From Octopus vulgaris (Eukaryota), in NCBI GenBank assembly GCA_951406725.2, contig OX597828.1:59086001-59150000 (forward strand): DNA of 64,000 nucleotides, written 5' to 3'. The notes beneath the pieces were generated by a model that was not told the origin of the DNA, made no database searches, and saw only the letters and a list, made by a program, of their open reading frames with translations. The position numbers and the translations under genes are program-made. This document shows positions 39,766 to 52,937 of the stretch, piece after piece. Each line of letters starts with the position of its first letter. The stretch's first letter is position 1.

Positions 39766-40867
39766 CACACATACCACATACACAAATAAATGTCTCACTG
39801 ATCATACAAGCATCTTTTACTGCATATCTTTTACCATTTATCTTCTACCTGTTTCAGTCATTGGACTGTTGCCATGCCGGGGCACTGCCTTGAAGGGTCA
39901 CAGCTTTGGAGGGTCACTGCCTTGAAGGGTCACTGCTTTGAAGCATCTACTACTGTAGCTTCTGGTGGACAATACCATCATATGGCATAAGCAGTGCCAT
40001 TATAAGGCATAGGCACACTGTGCAGTTAATCAGGGGCCTCCTAGGTCTAGGGGCTCAATTCTGATCTATGTGTACTGTGGATTGCTGTCTAAAACTAAAT
40101 ACTATTGATGTTGCTGTACTGATTTACTCAGGGGCTTATGATGCTGCTAAGATGGCTCTGCTTGTAGGTGAAATCGGTAGAAGGGAACTGTATGAAAGCC
40201 TATGTGTGTGTATCATCATCAACATCATCATCATCATCATCATCATCATTTAACATCTGTTTTCCATGCTGGCATGGGTCGAAATTTTGACAGGAGCTGG
40301 CAACCCAGAGGACTGCACCATGCTCCAGTTGTCTGCTTAGGCATGGTTCTTACAGCTGGATGCCCTTCCAAATGTCAGCCATTTTTACAGTGTGGACTGG
40401 ATGCTTTTTATGCGGCACCATTTATCACCATCATCATCATTGTCATTTTGCTGTCTACTTTTCAAACCTTGCATGGGACAGATGAAATTTTAGGCAGGTG
40501 GCACGTAAAAAGCACCCACTACACTCTCGGAGTGGTTGGCATTAGGAAGGGCATCCAGCTGTAGAAACTCTGCCAAATCAAGATTGGAGCCTGGTGCAGC
40601 CATCTGGTTCGCCTGTCCTCGATTCAAATCGTCCAACCCATGCTAGCATGGAAAGCAGACGTTAAACGATGATGTTGATGATGATGATGATATCTATACA
40701 CACATATATTCATATACATACATACATACATGCAGAAACAAGCATTACAACTTATTTTCTCATTCATAAGATATGTAATAAGGCCTACCTGTTATTGGAT
40801 TTCTCTTCGTTAATCTAGACCTGTATTTGCTGAGTTGTCTTTCTTATACCATTTTATTTCTTTATAG

Positions 40868-40972
40868 AACTGGAACTGCTCAACTGGGATCCAATGTCTG
40901 TAGATTATACCTCACGGCGGAATCGGTATGAAATTAATGTTGATGATGCTCAGATTGCCACACAAGGATTCA
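40868..40972 (+). CDS. Tudor-domain protein, exon 8 (ELELLNWDPMSVDYTSRRNRYEINVDDAQIATQGF); gene continues beyond
   Basis: ttctttatag acceptor, A|gtaagt donor, open frame, phase 1 to 1. Confidence 0.8.
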
Positions 40973-41133
40973 GTAAGTTCATAATTAATTAGTTCCTTTC
41001 CTTTATTCTCTCTCATATTTTCATTTATAATTACAGCCAAAACTCTGTCTTTACTAGATTTTTTTCAGGATTTATTTTGTGTTGGAAGCTACATTAATCC
41101 TAGTAACAGTTTCAGCAACAATATATTTTTATA

Positions 41134-41490
41134 TCGCAGATGCTAGAATAAGAATACCCTGGACAGAGTTCAGAGAGCTCCTACCTCTGCTGGTAACAAA
41201 GGGCCCCTCTCTCAGAGTTAGAAGTAGACTGTATGATGCATGTGCATGAACAGCCATGCTACATGGCAGTGAAACATGGGTTGTGACTGCTGAGGACATG
41301 CATAAGCTTGCAAGAAATGAAGCCAGTATGCTCCGCTGGATGTGTAATGTCAGTGTGCATACATGACAGAGTGTAAGCGCCCTGAGAGAAAAGTTGGATT
41401 TAAGAAGCATCAGATGTGGTGTGCAAGAGAGACGACTGCGGTGGTATGGTCATGTGTTGCAAATGAATGAGGACAGCTGTGTGAAAAGTG
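41134..41490 (+). mobile_element. RTE LINE internal fragment
   Basis: Closely similar to 35153-35505. Confidence 0.85.
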
Positions 41491-41990
41491 GCACAAATGT
41501 TGCTGTGCAGCAGTAGCAGATGAATTCAGTTTGCATCCATTATCCTGCAACTCTAGCATGGTCTGATTTCCCATGACACACCCCTCTGAATGACATAATC
41601 AGGAGGGTCTTTATGCGGCTGGCTTCCCGTCTCAACTTGAGTCAGCAGGTCTTGGCCACAGGAATGGTAAGCACCATGGTGGAATAATCATCTTCCCATT
41701 CCAGGGAGGCAGATCTCTATTCTGGGACATGATATGCAGCGACATGTTATGCAGCTCCAACCTTGCAGCATTGACTGCAAACCCGGGGGCTTGGTTGGTC
41801 ACTATCAGTTTGTGCCAGTTACCGTTGAAATGTCAGGTGTTCTAGGACACTATACTACCGATTTCTTCTGCAAAATAGGGATAACAGTGAACTGTCAGAG
41901 AAATAAGCCCCACGAGGTGGAGTGCCTGTCGCAGAGAATGTGCTGGCCATTCTCCATGTCAACACCAACATGGTCAATACAACACAGCAC
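41491..41990 (+). pseudogene. Decayed restriction-like endonuclease domain of a CRE/NeSL-type non-LTR retrotransposon
   Basis: Reads P*H..LNDIIRR/..AAGFPSQLESAGL...NGK..GGI.IFPFQGGRSLFWD..C.D...YQFVPVTVE.SGV.G, matching the RH..LN...EP.GL...DGKRPDG....P...G..L.WD motif. Confidence 0.65.
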
Positions 41991-44401
41991 AGCTGAGCAC
42001 TCCACTTGTTCTGGGATATGTGACCCATTGCCTCCCCCTCCATCTTCTGCTGTTTTACTTCAACCCTCTCTTTTCTTTTTCTTTCCTTTTCTTATCTCTC
42101 TTTTTTACTGGTTTTTGTTTTTGTTTATGTAATTAAATATTATAAATAAAATGCAGCACTTACGAGGGGATGCAGAAAAGTCCCTGGCTTTAAGGGTTTT
42201 GCAAAAGGCCTGATTGGAGGCCCAACATTCTGAGATCTTTTATAAGGCTTAGAAAAACTGAAGGACATTGTAATAAGTGTGTGAATCTGAGAGTGGAATA
42301 TGGTGAATAAAATCATAATTAAGCGATCCTCCTGTATGGGGGAACTTTTCAGCAATCCCTCAGACATCATCAAAAGATTGGCCAACTAACAGACCATTTT
42401 ATTTCTGCTTAATAATGCTCAAAATTTGGAAACAGAATGCATCATTAAGAAATCTTTGAGAAGAATTGACACACAAAACTTCTGTGATAAAGCTTTTCAT
42501 AGTTAAGTGATAGCATCTGTTAATTATTCTATCAGTTTCATATCAGTTTCAAGGACACAAATAATTTTGGGACGAGAATGTTTATTCATTTTATGGTTAT
42601 CATAAATAACTTCCTGAATCCAATGTCAGTTTGTGTTTATGAGATATAGTTTAATAATTATCATCATCATCATCATCATTTAACATCTGCCTTCCATGTT
42701 GGCATGGGGTGGATGGTTTGACAGGAGCCACTTCCTTCAACACGACACCCTACTCAGTTGAGTGGGTGTCTCTCTCTTGTGAATTATTTGGTAATCTGAC
42801 TGGTGCTGGTGCCACATAAAAGCACTCAGTATACTCTCTCATGTGACTGGCATCAGGAAGAGCATCCAGCTGTAAAAATCATGCCAAAGCAGTGGAGCTT
42901 GGCTCAGTCTACTGGCCCAACAACTCCTGTTGAACCATCCAACCCATGCCAGCATGGAAAATGGATCTTAAATGACGGTGATGATATTGAGCCTATTTTG
43001 CTGGGGCACCGCATTTATGAGTTTTAGTTGAACAACTTGACCCCAGCACTTATTTTTCTTTTTAAAGTTCAGTATACTATCTAACTCTATATGCTGAACT
43101 GCTAAATTGCAGAGACATAAACAAACCAACGTTGGTTGTCAAGCTTTGGTGGATGGCAAACCCAGTCATGTTAATAGCCTGCTCCAGTAAGTTTTGCACA
43201 AACCATATTGGCCTAGAAAAATGGAAATATTATTGATGATGATGATGATGACAGCAACGGCGGCACAGCTGCCATTGTTGTCATTGTCATTTTCGTCATC
43301 ACATTTGCATCCATATTTCCATGCTAGTAAGGCCTGGACAAAACATATTGAGGCAGACTTTATAACATGCCTATGGCAGCAGCAGTGCATGATGATGATG
43401 ATGATGATTCTGTCTTTCTTTTACATCCTCAACTCCCAGTGTTATCGCATCATATATCATCATCATCATCATCATCATCGTTTAACGTCCAGTTTCCATT
43501 AAACGATATGTCATAGGATGTGTCATATAATATATGACATATCCTAAGTATCTAAACCTGACTCACCCCAACCACCTCTAAGTCTGGCTACGGCCAATAT
43601 CTTCCAGGAGGAAGGAGAGAGAACAAAAATTAAGCCCAGTTCTGGATTAGTTCTTTATTTATTAACCATGAAAGGGATGAAAACTAAAGTCTATCTTGCT
43701 TGGGTTTGAACTCAGAAACTGGAATGATTGCTTCAAAGTACTCTATCAACTCTGCCAACTCACCTAATTCACACACACACACACACACATGTGGATATAT
43801 CTCTCGTATTTGTGTCTGACATGCATGCATGTGTGTGTATGTTGTCACTGTGTGCGTTTGCGTTAGTCGCCATCTGGTGGACATTGTCTACATCCCTCAT
43901 AAACATTAAAGTGTGGAAACGTGGCGTGGGGAAACGTGAAATAAATAGCTTACTTGTAAACAAGTAAGGGTTGGCATTGTCAAGGTCATCTGGCCATAGA
44001 ACACTACCTCAGTAAGCCTTGTCCAACCCACCTACCCACCTACGAGGGAAGAAACTGCATATAAAAATGATGTCATTGATGATGATGACGATGATGATGA
44101 TATGTGTCTCTTTCTCTCACACTCTCTCTCTTTCATACATGTACACACATTTAGAGCTTTCTTTATTTAACAGTCTTGCCTTTATTTTCTCTCACTTGCA
44201 TTCATATAGAACGTTATATAAAGGACACACTCATTAATGTCTTTTTAAAATTACTTTCCCTCTCTCTCTCTCTCTACCACCCACATACTAACCTAAAGAG
44301 ATAACAAACTACAACTTGAAAATCAATGCAAATAACAATATTGGTGTTCATGGGTAAATAATGGTTTTGTGTATGTGTGTGTGTGTATATGTGTGTGTGT
44401 G

Positions 44402-44438
<37 letters not shown>

Positions 44439-44542
44439 CTCTTACGCTCATGCATATATACATACATACACATGTACATACATTTATACATATATATGGA
44501 TAACTGATATAAGTGTATATATATATATATATATATATATGT

Positions 44543-44582
<40 letters not shown>

Positions 44583-45333
44583 ATATATGGTTATTTTTAT
44601 ATATACAATTTATGTTAATATATGTAGTATATATTCTCTTTAGCTCATCTTCACACCAACATATATATATATATTGGTGTGAAGATGGGTTAAAGAGAAT
44701 ATCAATAAATACCATTATGGTGAATGGCAATTGTTCCACCACCAACGCATGCCTACTTAACCATATGAGTGGGCAGTGGTTGTAGGAGTGAGCAGTGATG
44801 CTGGTGGTTGTGGATCACAATAGAATATATTAATGGTGGAGTGGTTTGAGAAAGAAATAGACAATATGGCCTTGTGAGAGTAATGACAGTCATATGCGGA
44901 AGATAGTAATATTAAAAAAAGTAGGATAAAAACAGTGGTGATGGCCATGTTGCAAGTTGTTATTTAACTTCAGTCAGCTCTCACTGAGCAGATCTTTGAT
45001 CAACAGTATACAAGCTGTGACCATCCTTGTTTTATTTTTCATGCTTAATGTTTCAAATGCATCATTCCGTTATTTGATATGATAAGATGTATTTTCTCGA
45101 GGGTGATTTGCCTGCTATTTCAACCAAGTTAAGTGACCATGTACAGCTATGGTTCCCAACCTTTTTTACTGCCAAGAGCCTTTATAATTTGAATGAATTT
45201 ATTCATAATTCTGAAGCTTTATGGAAGGTCTGTCTATTCAGCAAGCCCATTTTTGTAGATCTCAGCAAACTAACTTACTCAGCCTCATCTCTTTCATCAT
45301 CATTATCGTCATCATTGCCACTTCAACCACTGC

Positions 45334-45366
<33 letters not shown>

Positions 45367-46252
45367 TGTTTAACGTCCGCGTTCCATGCTAGCATGGGTT
45401 GGATGATTTGAATGAGGTTTGGCGAACCAGATGGCTGCACCAGACTCCAATCTTGATCTGGCAGAGTTTCTAAGGCTGGATGCACTTCCTAACACCAAGC
45501 ACTCCGAGAGTGTAGTGGGTGCTTTTTACGGGCCACCGGCATGAGGGCCAGTCAGGTGGTACTGGCAACGGCCACGCTCAAATGGTGCTTTTTATGTGCC
45601 ACCTGCACAGGAGCCAGTCCAGTGGCACTGGCAACAACCTTGCTCAAATGTTTTTTCACGTACCACCAGCACAAGTGCCAGTAAGGCGACGCTGGTAACA
45701 ATCACACTTGAATGGTGTTTTTAACGTGCCATCGGCTCGGAGGCCAGCTTGTTGCTCTGGCAACATTCTCACTCATCATTTAATATCTGTTCTCTCTGCT
45801 GGTATGGGTTGGATGGTTTGACAAGACCTGGCAAGCCAGAGGGCTACACCAGTTGTCTGTTTTGGCATGGTTTCTACAGGTGGATGCCCTTCCTAATGCC
45901 AACCACTTTACAGAGTGTACTGGGTGCTTTTACACGGCACCAGTACCCACGGGGATCATGTACATTTAAATAAATTGTAATAATAAACAAAAAAAATAAT
46001 TTCTTTTCCAATCCGTCTGTTACGATATTTCTGTTGAAATATACTGCCTTTGTTTCAGTTACAAAGAGTTGAATAAAACTTTGTTATTGCTAAACTGGTG
46101 TCTGGGACATCAATTGACATTGATTTTTGGAAGGTTTCAATTTAGATCACAATTTAAAACAGGAAGTGTTTTTTTTTCTTAGAATCAGGGCTGGTATTAA
46201 AAAGGTCAGTAAATCAGTTGATGTTATTTTGATCAAAAAGTAGCTTCAGTTA

Positions 46253-46995
46253 CCGTAAATCCTCAAGTATAGTCCGTCCTTGAGTATAATACACAGGGGA
46301 TTTTTAGGGGGTTGTACCTCTGAAAAACCTAAACCTTGTGTATAATATGCACCCCTTCTCTAACTTGAGTCGTGCGTAATTAAGCCAGCAGCACCTAGTC
46401 GAACAAACACTTCTGCGCATGCATAATACAACAATGATGATGTTCTTAACTGTTATATGGGAATGTAAATATGTTTGCAAATTGTTTTTTTGTTACATGT
46501 TATTCTGTGTTCTGAATACTTTTATTTTGATAAATGTTGCTTACTACAAGTTATGGATGATTCTTTTATGCCTTTATTGCTTTAAAGCTTAGCTTAACCC
46601 TTTCATTACCAACCCGGCTGAAACTAGCTCTGAGTACAAATGACTTGTTTTTATAAGTTTTGAATTAAAATCTTCCACCAAACTTTAGTCACAATTTATG
46701 TTCCTAACACTAGCTGAATGATAACTAAGTTATTTTACTAAATTCCTTGTTATATTTAAAGAAATTGAAAGAAACACAGAACATCTCAAAATAAATATGG
46801 TAACGAAAGGGTTAATGTATTTTCGTACCCGACATCACAAAATGCATCTGAATAAACATTGCCGGACAGCAAATAGAAACTCGGACATTGCTTAGAAAAT
46901 AATTCTCATTTTTAACCTCGTATATAGTATTCACTAAGGATTTTGATCTTTAAATTTTTGGAATAAAATGCGGATTATACTCGAGGATTTATGGT
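46253..46995. mobile_element. Second copy of the same TA-target MITE (opposite orientation) carrying a piggyBac-like insertion
   Basis: Reverse-complement homologue of 25657-26169. Confidence 0.85.
46598..46811. mobile_element. piggyBac-like MITE (TTAA TSD, CCC...GGG ends)
   Basis: TTAA at 46594 and 46812. The empty site is seen in the 25657 copy. A sister copy lies at 6530-6750. Confidence 0.88.
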
Positions 46996-49351
46996 ATTTC
47001 AAATTTCAGTGAAAATCATCCAACAGCTAACTACTTAATGATATTATGTATAAAGTTATAACTTTAGCATTACTAGATCTATTATATCTGCTTATTTAGC
47101 AAAGTAAGATACTCAGTATTTTGTGGAGTGATTGATCTCTTTTCTTTTCAATTACATTTTTACAACAAGCTCTCATCTGCTTTTATTGATGTGGTGGTGG
47201 TGGTGGGGTGTCACCAACATCCATTTGTGCGCTGCTCGTATGTTTAATCTGTTTACTTACCTTGTCAGTTCTTTACTTTTTATTTCAAAACCCACCTCCA
47301 AAGCTGTATGAGAGAATAGTTTGTAATGTGTGTATGTGTGGGGGTGTAATGTATATACACATCCATCCACTCACTCACTCCCTCTCACCCCCCCCAGGTG
47401 TGTATGTGTCTGTATATACGTGTGTGTATTATATATTTGTGTGTGTATATATATATATATATGTATGTATACATACACACACACTCTCACATGCACATGT
47501 GAATATTTACAGATGTGTTTGGGAATGTCCACACACACACACACACACACACACATTTCATACAAATGAATTTATATCAACATCAATATTTTCTTGTTTC
47601 CTTGAATCCTAATTAATGTCTCATCCTTGTTGTCTTTGTTATCATCCACACCTCTTATTATCATTATCATCGTTATTATTATTATTATTATTATTATTAT
47701 TTAATGATCTTCCATTTGGCTTGGTGTGTATTCTATTTGGTTTAATGTATAGGTCTCAGTGGTTTCTCATTCAATAACACTTCAAAAGTAGCTGTTTCTA
47801 TTCAGTAAATTATAAATCAAACTATTATATCTTCCATCTCCCAGCTTGCTTAATCTATGATTTATTATAATCTTCAATTCTGTTTTTCTTTGGCTGAGTT
47901 CTCTTTGAGCTTTGGGCCTCACAGAAGCAAAGGGGCTGAGTTCCTTTCAAGTGTTGAGCCTCACGTAGGCAGAGTGGCTGAGCTCCTTTTGAACGTTGGG
48001 CCTCACAGAGGCAATGACTGAGAACTTTGGCATTATATCATGCTTGAGAAGACTGATCAAGCCAAGCAAAATCTCAGTTGTGGCAGATACTGGTGTTGTA
48101 CAAATGGCATCCATGCCTGTGGCATGTAAAAGCACCTGTTACACTCACGGAGTGGTTGGCATTAGGAAGGGCATCCGGCCATAGAAAACCATACTAATTC
48201 AGACTGGAGTCTGGTGCAGCCTCCCAGCTTACCAACCCTGGTCAAACCATCCAACCCATGACAGCATGGACAACAGATCTTAAATGATGATGATGATAAT
48301 GATGATTTCTATTTGAAAAGTAGACGAGACCTTAGTTTAAATACAAGCAATATTTTTTTCGAGCAGAGGACTTTATTAGATGTTATTCATCATAAATTGA
48401 ACCTCATCACTAAAACAATAATTTAACATACTTCATACCCATCCATACCACTTCTCTTTTATTCATCTTCCTCTAATTTTAGAGTCCATCCTGTCTCATA
48501 TTCACCACCATTCTCTTTCTTTTTCAACTGGGGTAACCATGTTTCTTCCTTACAGCCGTTTCTGTCCTTCAAACATAACTCTCATCACCTGGAATAAAGA
48601 TACTTCTTTATTTCTTGATTGCCCACAAAGGGCTAAACATAGAGGGGACTAACAAGGACAGACAGGGATTAAGTCGATCACATCGACCCCAGTGTGTAAC
48701 TGGTACTTAATTTATTGACCCTGAAAGGATGAAAGGCAAAGTCGACCTCGGCGGAATTTGAACTCAGAACGTAATGGCAGATGAAATACCATTAGGCATT
48801 TCACCCAGCATGCTAACATTTCTGCCAGCTCCTCACCGCCTTAAATAAAGATACTTCCTTCACTACTACTCCCCTACTCTGTTGAGGGGGTTTTGCTTTG
48901 CGTGTTACTCCATCACCTCATGAGTGTTGATGCCACATAAAAAGCACCCAGTTCACTCTGTGAAGTGGTTGGCATGAGGAAGGGCACCCAGTTGAAACAG
49001 AATGAAGGTTGACACAGTCCTTTAGTTCATCTGCTCTTGTTGTACCATCCAAGCCATCCCAAGATGGAAAATGGTTGTTTGGTCTTAAATCAGTTGTAAT
49101 CAAGTGGATTTAAGTTCAAGGTAAACCAGTTGTAATTATTCCTTCTTATTTCCAGACATTGCATGTCTCAGACTATATTCTCCAGTGCATCTGTCCTTTT
49201 CCTCTTACAACAGAATAATATGATTTGAAGGTGAAAGGTCACTGAACCTGCTACTCTTTAACAGGTTCAGTAACCACATAAAGGCTACCATGTTGATATT
49301 ATTGTGTGTTTTGGTTCAATACTTTACTCTTGATTGTAAACATGAAGTATT

Positions 49352-49389
<38 letters not shown>

Positions 49390-49787
49390 TATAGCTGTGA
49401 TCATATTTGGTTGTAAACATAAAAAAGTTGGTGGCGATGGTACCCTCACCCCACCATTATCATCATTATCATTTCACAGCTGTTTGAAAATATAAAATTA
49501 ACTGCTCTATTTACCTGTCTGTCTATTAATTTGCCTTCCTACTCGACTCATCATACCAGCCATGCCTATCTCAACTTATTTACACACAATATATTCAGGT
49601 TAACTTTAGAATTCATAGCTCATCATAATTAGTTTTAGAAGTTTTTTTTTTCTTTTTACCCTTTCATTATAATATTTTAAATATCAGTGAAATAGATGTG
49701 TAAATTAAATGCCAGGTTATTAATTTATTGGTATATAATGTGGTTTGGTATATAAAGTGGTTTTACGGTTTATGCAACTTGAGAATT

Positions 49788-49994
49788 CTATCCAAACAGT
49801 CTCTCACTGACCCCTTTTCTCCACTTGAAGTCGAAATTTGTATCCAGCTCCTGATATTCTGTATATTTGTAATCATAGCCTTTTGAAGAATCGAGATATA
49901 TTTTGCCAAAACATGATTCCATAAAAAGCTCAGTGCTTTTAACTGAAGATATTGCTAATAGGCTTTCCACCAAGAACAAGAAAATGAAAAAAGT
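49788..49994 (-). CDS. Candidate small antisense gene, terminal exon (TFFIFLFLVESLLA...FDFKWRKGVSERLFG*)
   Basis: cattgtttcctacag acceptor, 68 codons + TAG, non-repetitive sequence, AATAAA on - strand at 49729-49724. Confidence 0.55.
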   Translation of the reverse strand, partial: TFFIFLFLVESLLAISSVKSTELFMESCFGKIYLDSSKGYDYKYTEYQELDTNFDFKWRKGVSERLFG

Positions 49995-50103
49995 CTGTAG
50001 GAAACAATGACTTTTATTAGAATTAATATCTTATGATTGACCAAGAATGGATATGGTTTTCAAAACCGATACCTAATCAGCTTCATGTTTCACTGATACA
50101 TAC

Positions 50104-50229
50104 CAAGCTGCTAAATTTTTTCAAGTGAAAGAAAAAATAGTTCCATGCTATGCAGGTTGAATTAAGTTGGTTATGGATGGAGATGGTCAGTTCATCTAAG
50201 TTTGATGGGTGACCTGCAGCATTGCTCAT
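50104..50229 (-). CDS. Candidate small antisense gene, exon 1 (MSNAAGHPSNLDELTISIHNQLNSTCIAWNYFFFHLKKFSSL)
   Basis: ATG at 50229, 42 open codons, TTG|gtatgt donor, phase 0 joining the 49994 acceptor over a 109-nt intron. Confidence 0.45.
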
Positions 50230-50938
50230 GAAAAGCAATGTTTTATTTTCAAGGTTTTTAGCTTGACAATACTTTTAACAGCTGGGCTGAAACACAAAGT
50301 ACAATAATCTTGAAACACTCCTGATGATAGCCTCTGTTATATTTGATTGCCATTAAAAAGCAAGACTAGATTCAGAGTATCCTTTCATTACTCCTGGTGT
50401 CTTAGAATGATAAATAACTAGTGACTTTGGAGATCTTCTGAAACATTACCTATTTCTTTACTACCCACAAGGGGCTAAACACAGAGGGGACAAATAAAGA
50501 CAGACAGACGGATTAAGTCGATTATATCGACTCCAGTGTGTAACTGGTACTTAATTTATCGACCCTGAAAGGATGAAAGGCAAAGTCGACCTCGGCAGAA
50601 TTTGAACTCAGAACGTAACAGCAGATGAAATACGGCTACGCATTTCGCCCGATGTGCTAACCACTCTGCCAGCTCGCTGCCATCAACTTCTGAAACATTA
50701 CCACCAAATAGGAGAGTTATGTGAGATGTAGCAGTCTTGAAACTAAGTGCTGTTTTTCTTTAGAAATGTGCATTTATTCCCAAAGCAGGGCTGTCACTTC
50801 TACATTAAAATAGTATTATGGTGTATGTCACCTTTCATAAATAATATGTTTCATTAAAACTGCTGCAGTTACTTTTGACATCTTTCAAACTCTCCTGTTA
50901 CCTGTAGGTGATGCAATTTTGATCAGTGTGTGAAATTT

Positions 50939-50993
<55 letters not shown>

Positions 50994-51212
50994 TAACATG
51001 ATGGGCTTTCATACATTTTTGTCTCTTAAATTCACTCACAAGGCATTGATCAGCTCAGAGCTATGGTGAAAGACACTTACCCAAGGTGCCATGCAGTGAG
51101 ATTGAACTCATAAACCACACAGTTGCTAAGCAAGCTTCCGAACCGCACAGCCATGCCAAAGCCTATATACACAAACAAACAGACAGACAGACACACACAC
51201 ACATGCATGCGT

Positions 51213-51244
<32 letters not shown>

Positions 51245-52021
51245 TCATTATTATATTCAAAATTAAAGCGGTTAGCTGGCAGAGTCGTTAGCACACTGGG
51301 CAAAATGTTTAGCAGTATTCCATCTGTCTTTATGTTCTGAGTTCAAATTCTGCCAAAGTCGACTTTGCCTTTCATCCTTTTGGAGTCAATAAAATAAGTA
51401 CCAGTTAAGCACTAGGGGGTAATCAGCTTACCCCCTTTCCTGAACTTGCTGGCCTTGTGCCAAAATCTGAAACCACTATTATATTTCAGATTCACTACTT
51501 CTATCATGTTATCAGTTTTTCTTCTTTTTAAAGTACATTTACAGTCAAATGTTTCTTCTTAGCAATGGTAGCAAGCCCTGGTTGCATTTAACATTTTTTA
51601 AAACAATCTTGTCTTTTATTGAGAAAGAAAAGTCCATTCTTTTGTTAACCATTTAGTAATTTACATGCAATCTTTGCACAGCATATAACACACACACATA
51701 AAATAATATATATAGAACAAATTACATTATCTCAATATCATTCTTTATTGATATTAGATGGGAAGTTATAAAAAATTTCTCAGCTTTCGTTTAACCCTTT
51801 TACTATACAAATCAAATGTTTTCTGTAATAATACTTTTGATTTCTATTGTAGTAGACTAAATGTAAGGTGAGAAAGTTTTTTTTTTGCCATGTCTTCCAT
51901 TTTTATGGAGATAATGAATAACAGCAATCAACATAATGTCTGAGATTTTTTTAGCTTTTTTTATTGTGCAAAAATCATGTGCATGTTATGAGCTTCTTTC
52001 TTGAGCAAGAATAAATAAGTA

Positions 52022-52937
52022 TTGAGTTATTCCATAAATAATGCGTTTTTTTTTAATACTTCTTTTATCTCTCAAAATTAAAATAAACAAAGTTCTTTTC
52101 TAATCTAAAATATACTCTCCTTCATTTTTTACAATGTTCTTCCATCTATCTGGTAGACTTGCAAGGCCCCTCTTCTAAAATTCACTTGTCCTCATGACGA
52201 AAAATACTCCTCCAGTACTGTTCTGATCTCATCTACAGAATTCATATTTTTTCCGTCTAAATTATTTTGAAGACTGGAATAAATGATAATCAGATGGAGC
52301 AATATCCAGCGAATATGGTGGGTGGGGCGTCGTTTCCCATTCAAACTGTTCCAGCCTTTGGAATGTCATCAAAATTAAAGCCAGGTATTATCCTGATGGA
52401 AGAACACCTTTCGTCTCGAAACCAAAAATGGTTGTTTTTCTTCTAACGCAGGTGCCAATGAATGGTTGAATGACCAAATCGAAGCTTCTCTGCTAGTTAC
52501 TCAACAGTTATGATGGGATTTTGTTCCAACAGAGTTTTGCAAGATGTCCTTGTTGAGCTCTGTAGATTTTCCAAGATGAGGCTGATCTTCTAAGCTGTAG
52601 TTTCTGGCTCAGAATTTCTGGAACCACCATTGACACTGGCTTACGCTTATCTCATACACTGCATTAATATTCCTCACACTTTCTGTTGAGTTGTTGCCTT
52701 TATTGAACTCATGAAAGAAAATATACTCCTGAATATACTCCTTTGTTGCTTCCATTATAACTTTGAAAATATAACTGTTTAAATCAAACTACACTCTTCA
52801 AAACTTGCATTAAGAATAAGGACAGGGTAAAATTACTACCTGCTTTAATAACACGTTGATGCAGGTAGTTTATCCCATCCTTCTCCAACTTTTAGTTTAT
52901 GCAATTGAAAAAATGCATTATTTATGAGATAACCCAA
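52022..52937 (-). mobile_element. Decayed mariner of another family
   Basis: TIRs TTGAGTTATTCCATAAATAATGC / GCATTATTTATGAGATAACCCAA. The - strand encodes FFHQDN and PHPPYS.DIAPSDYHLF.SLQN motifs. Confidence 0.85.
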
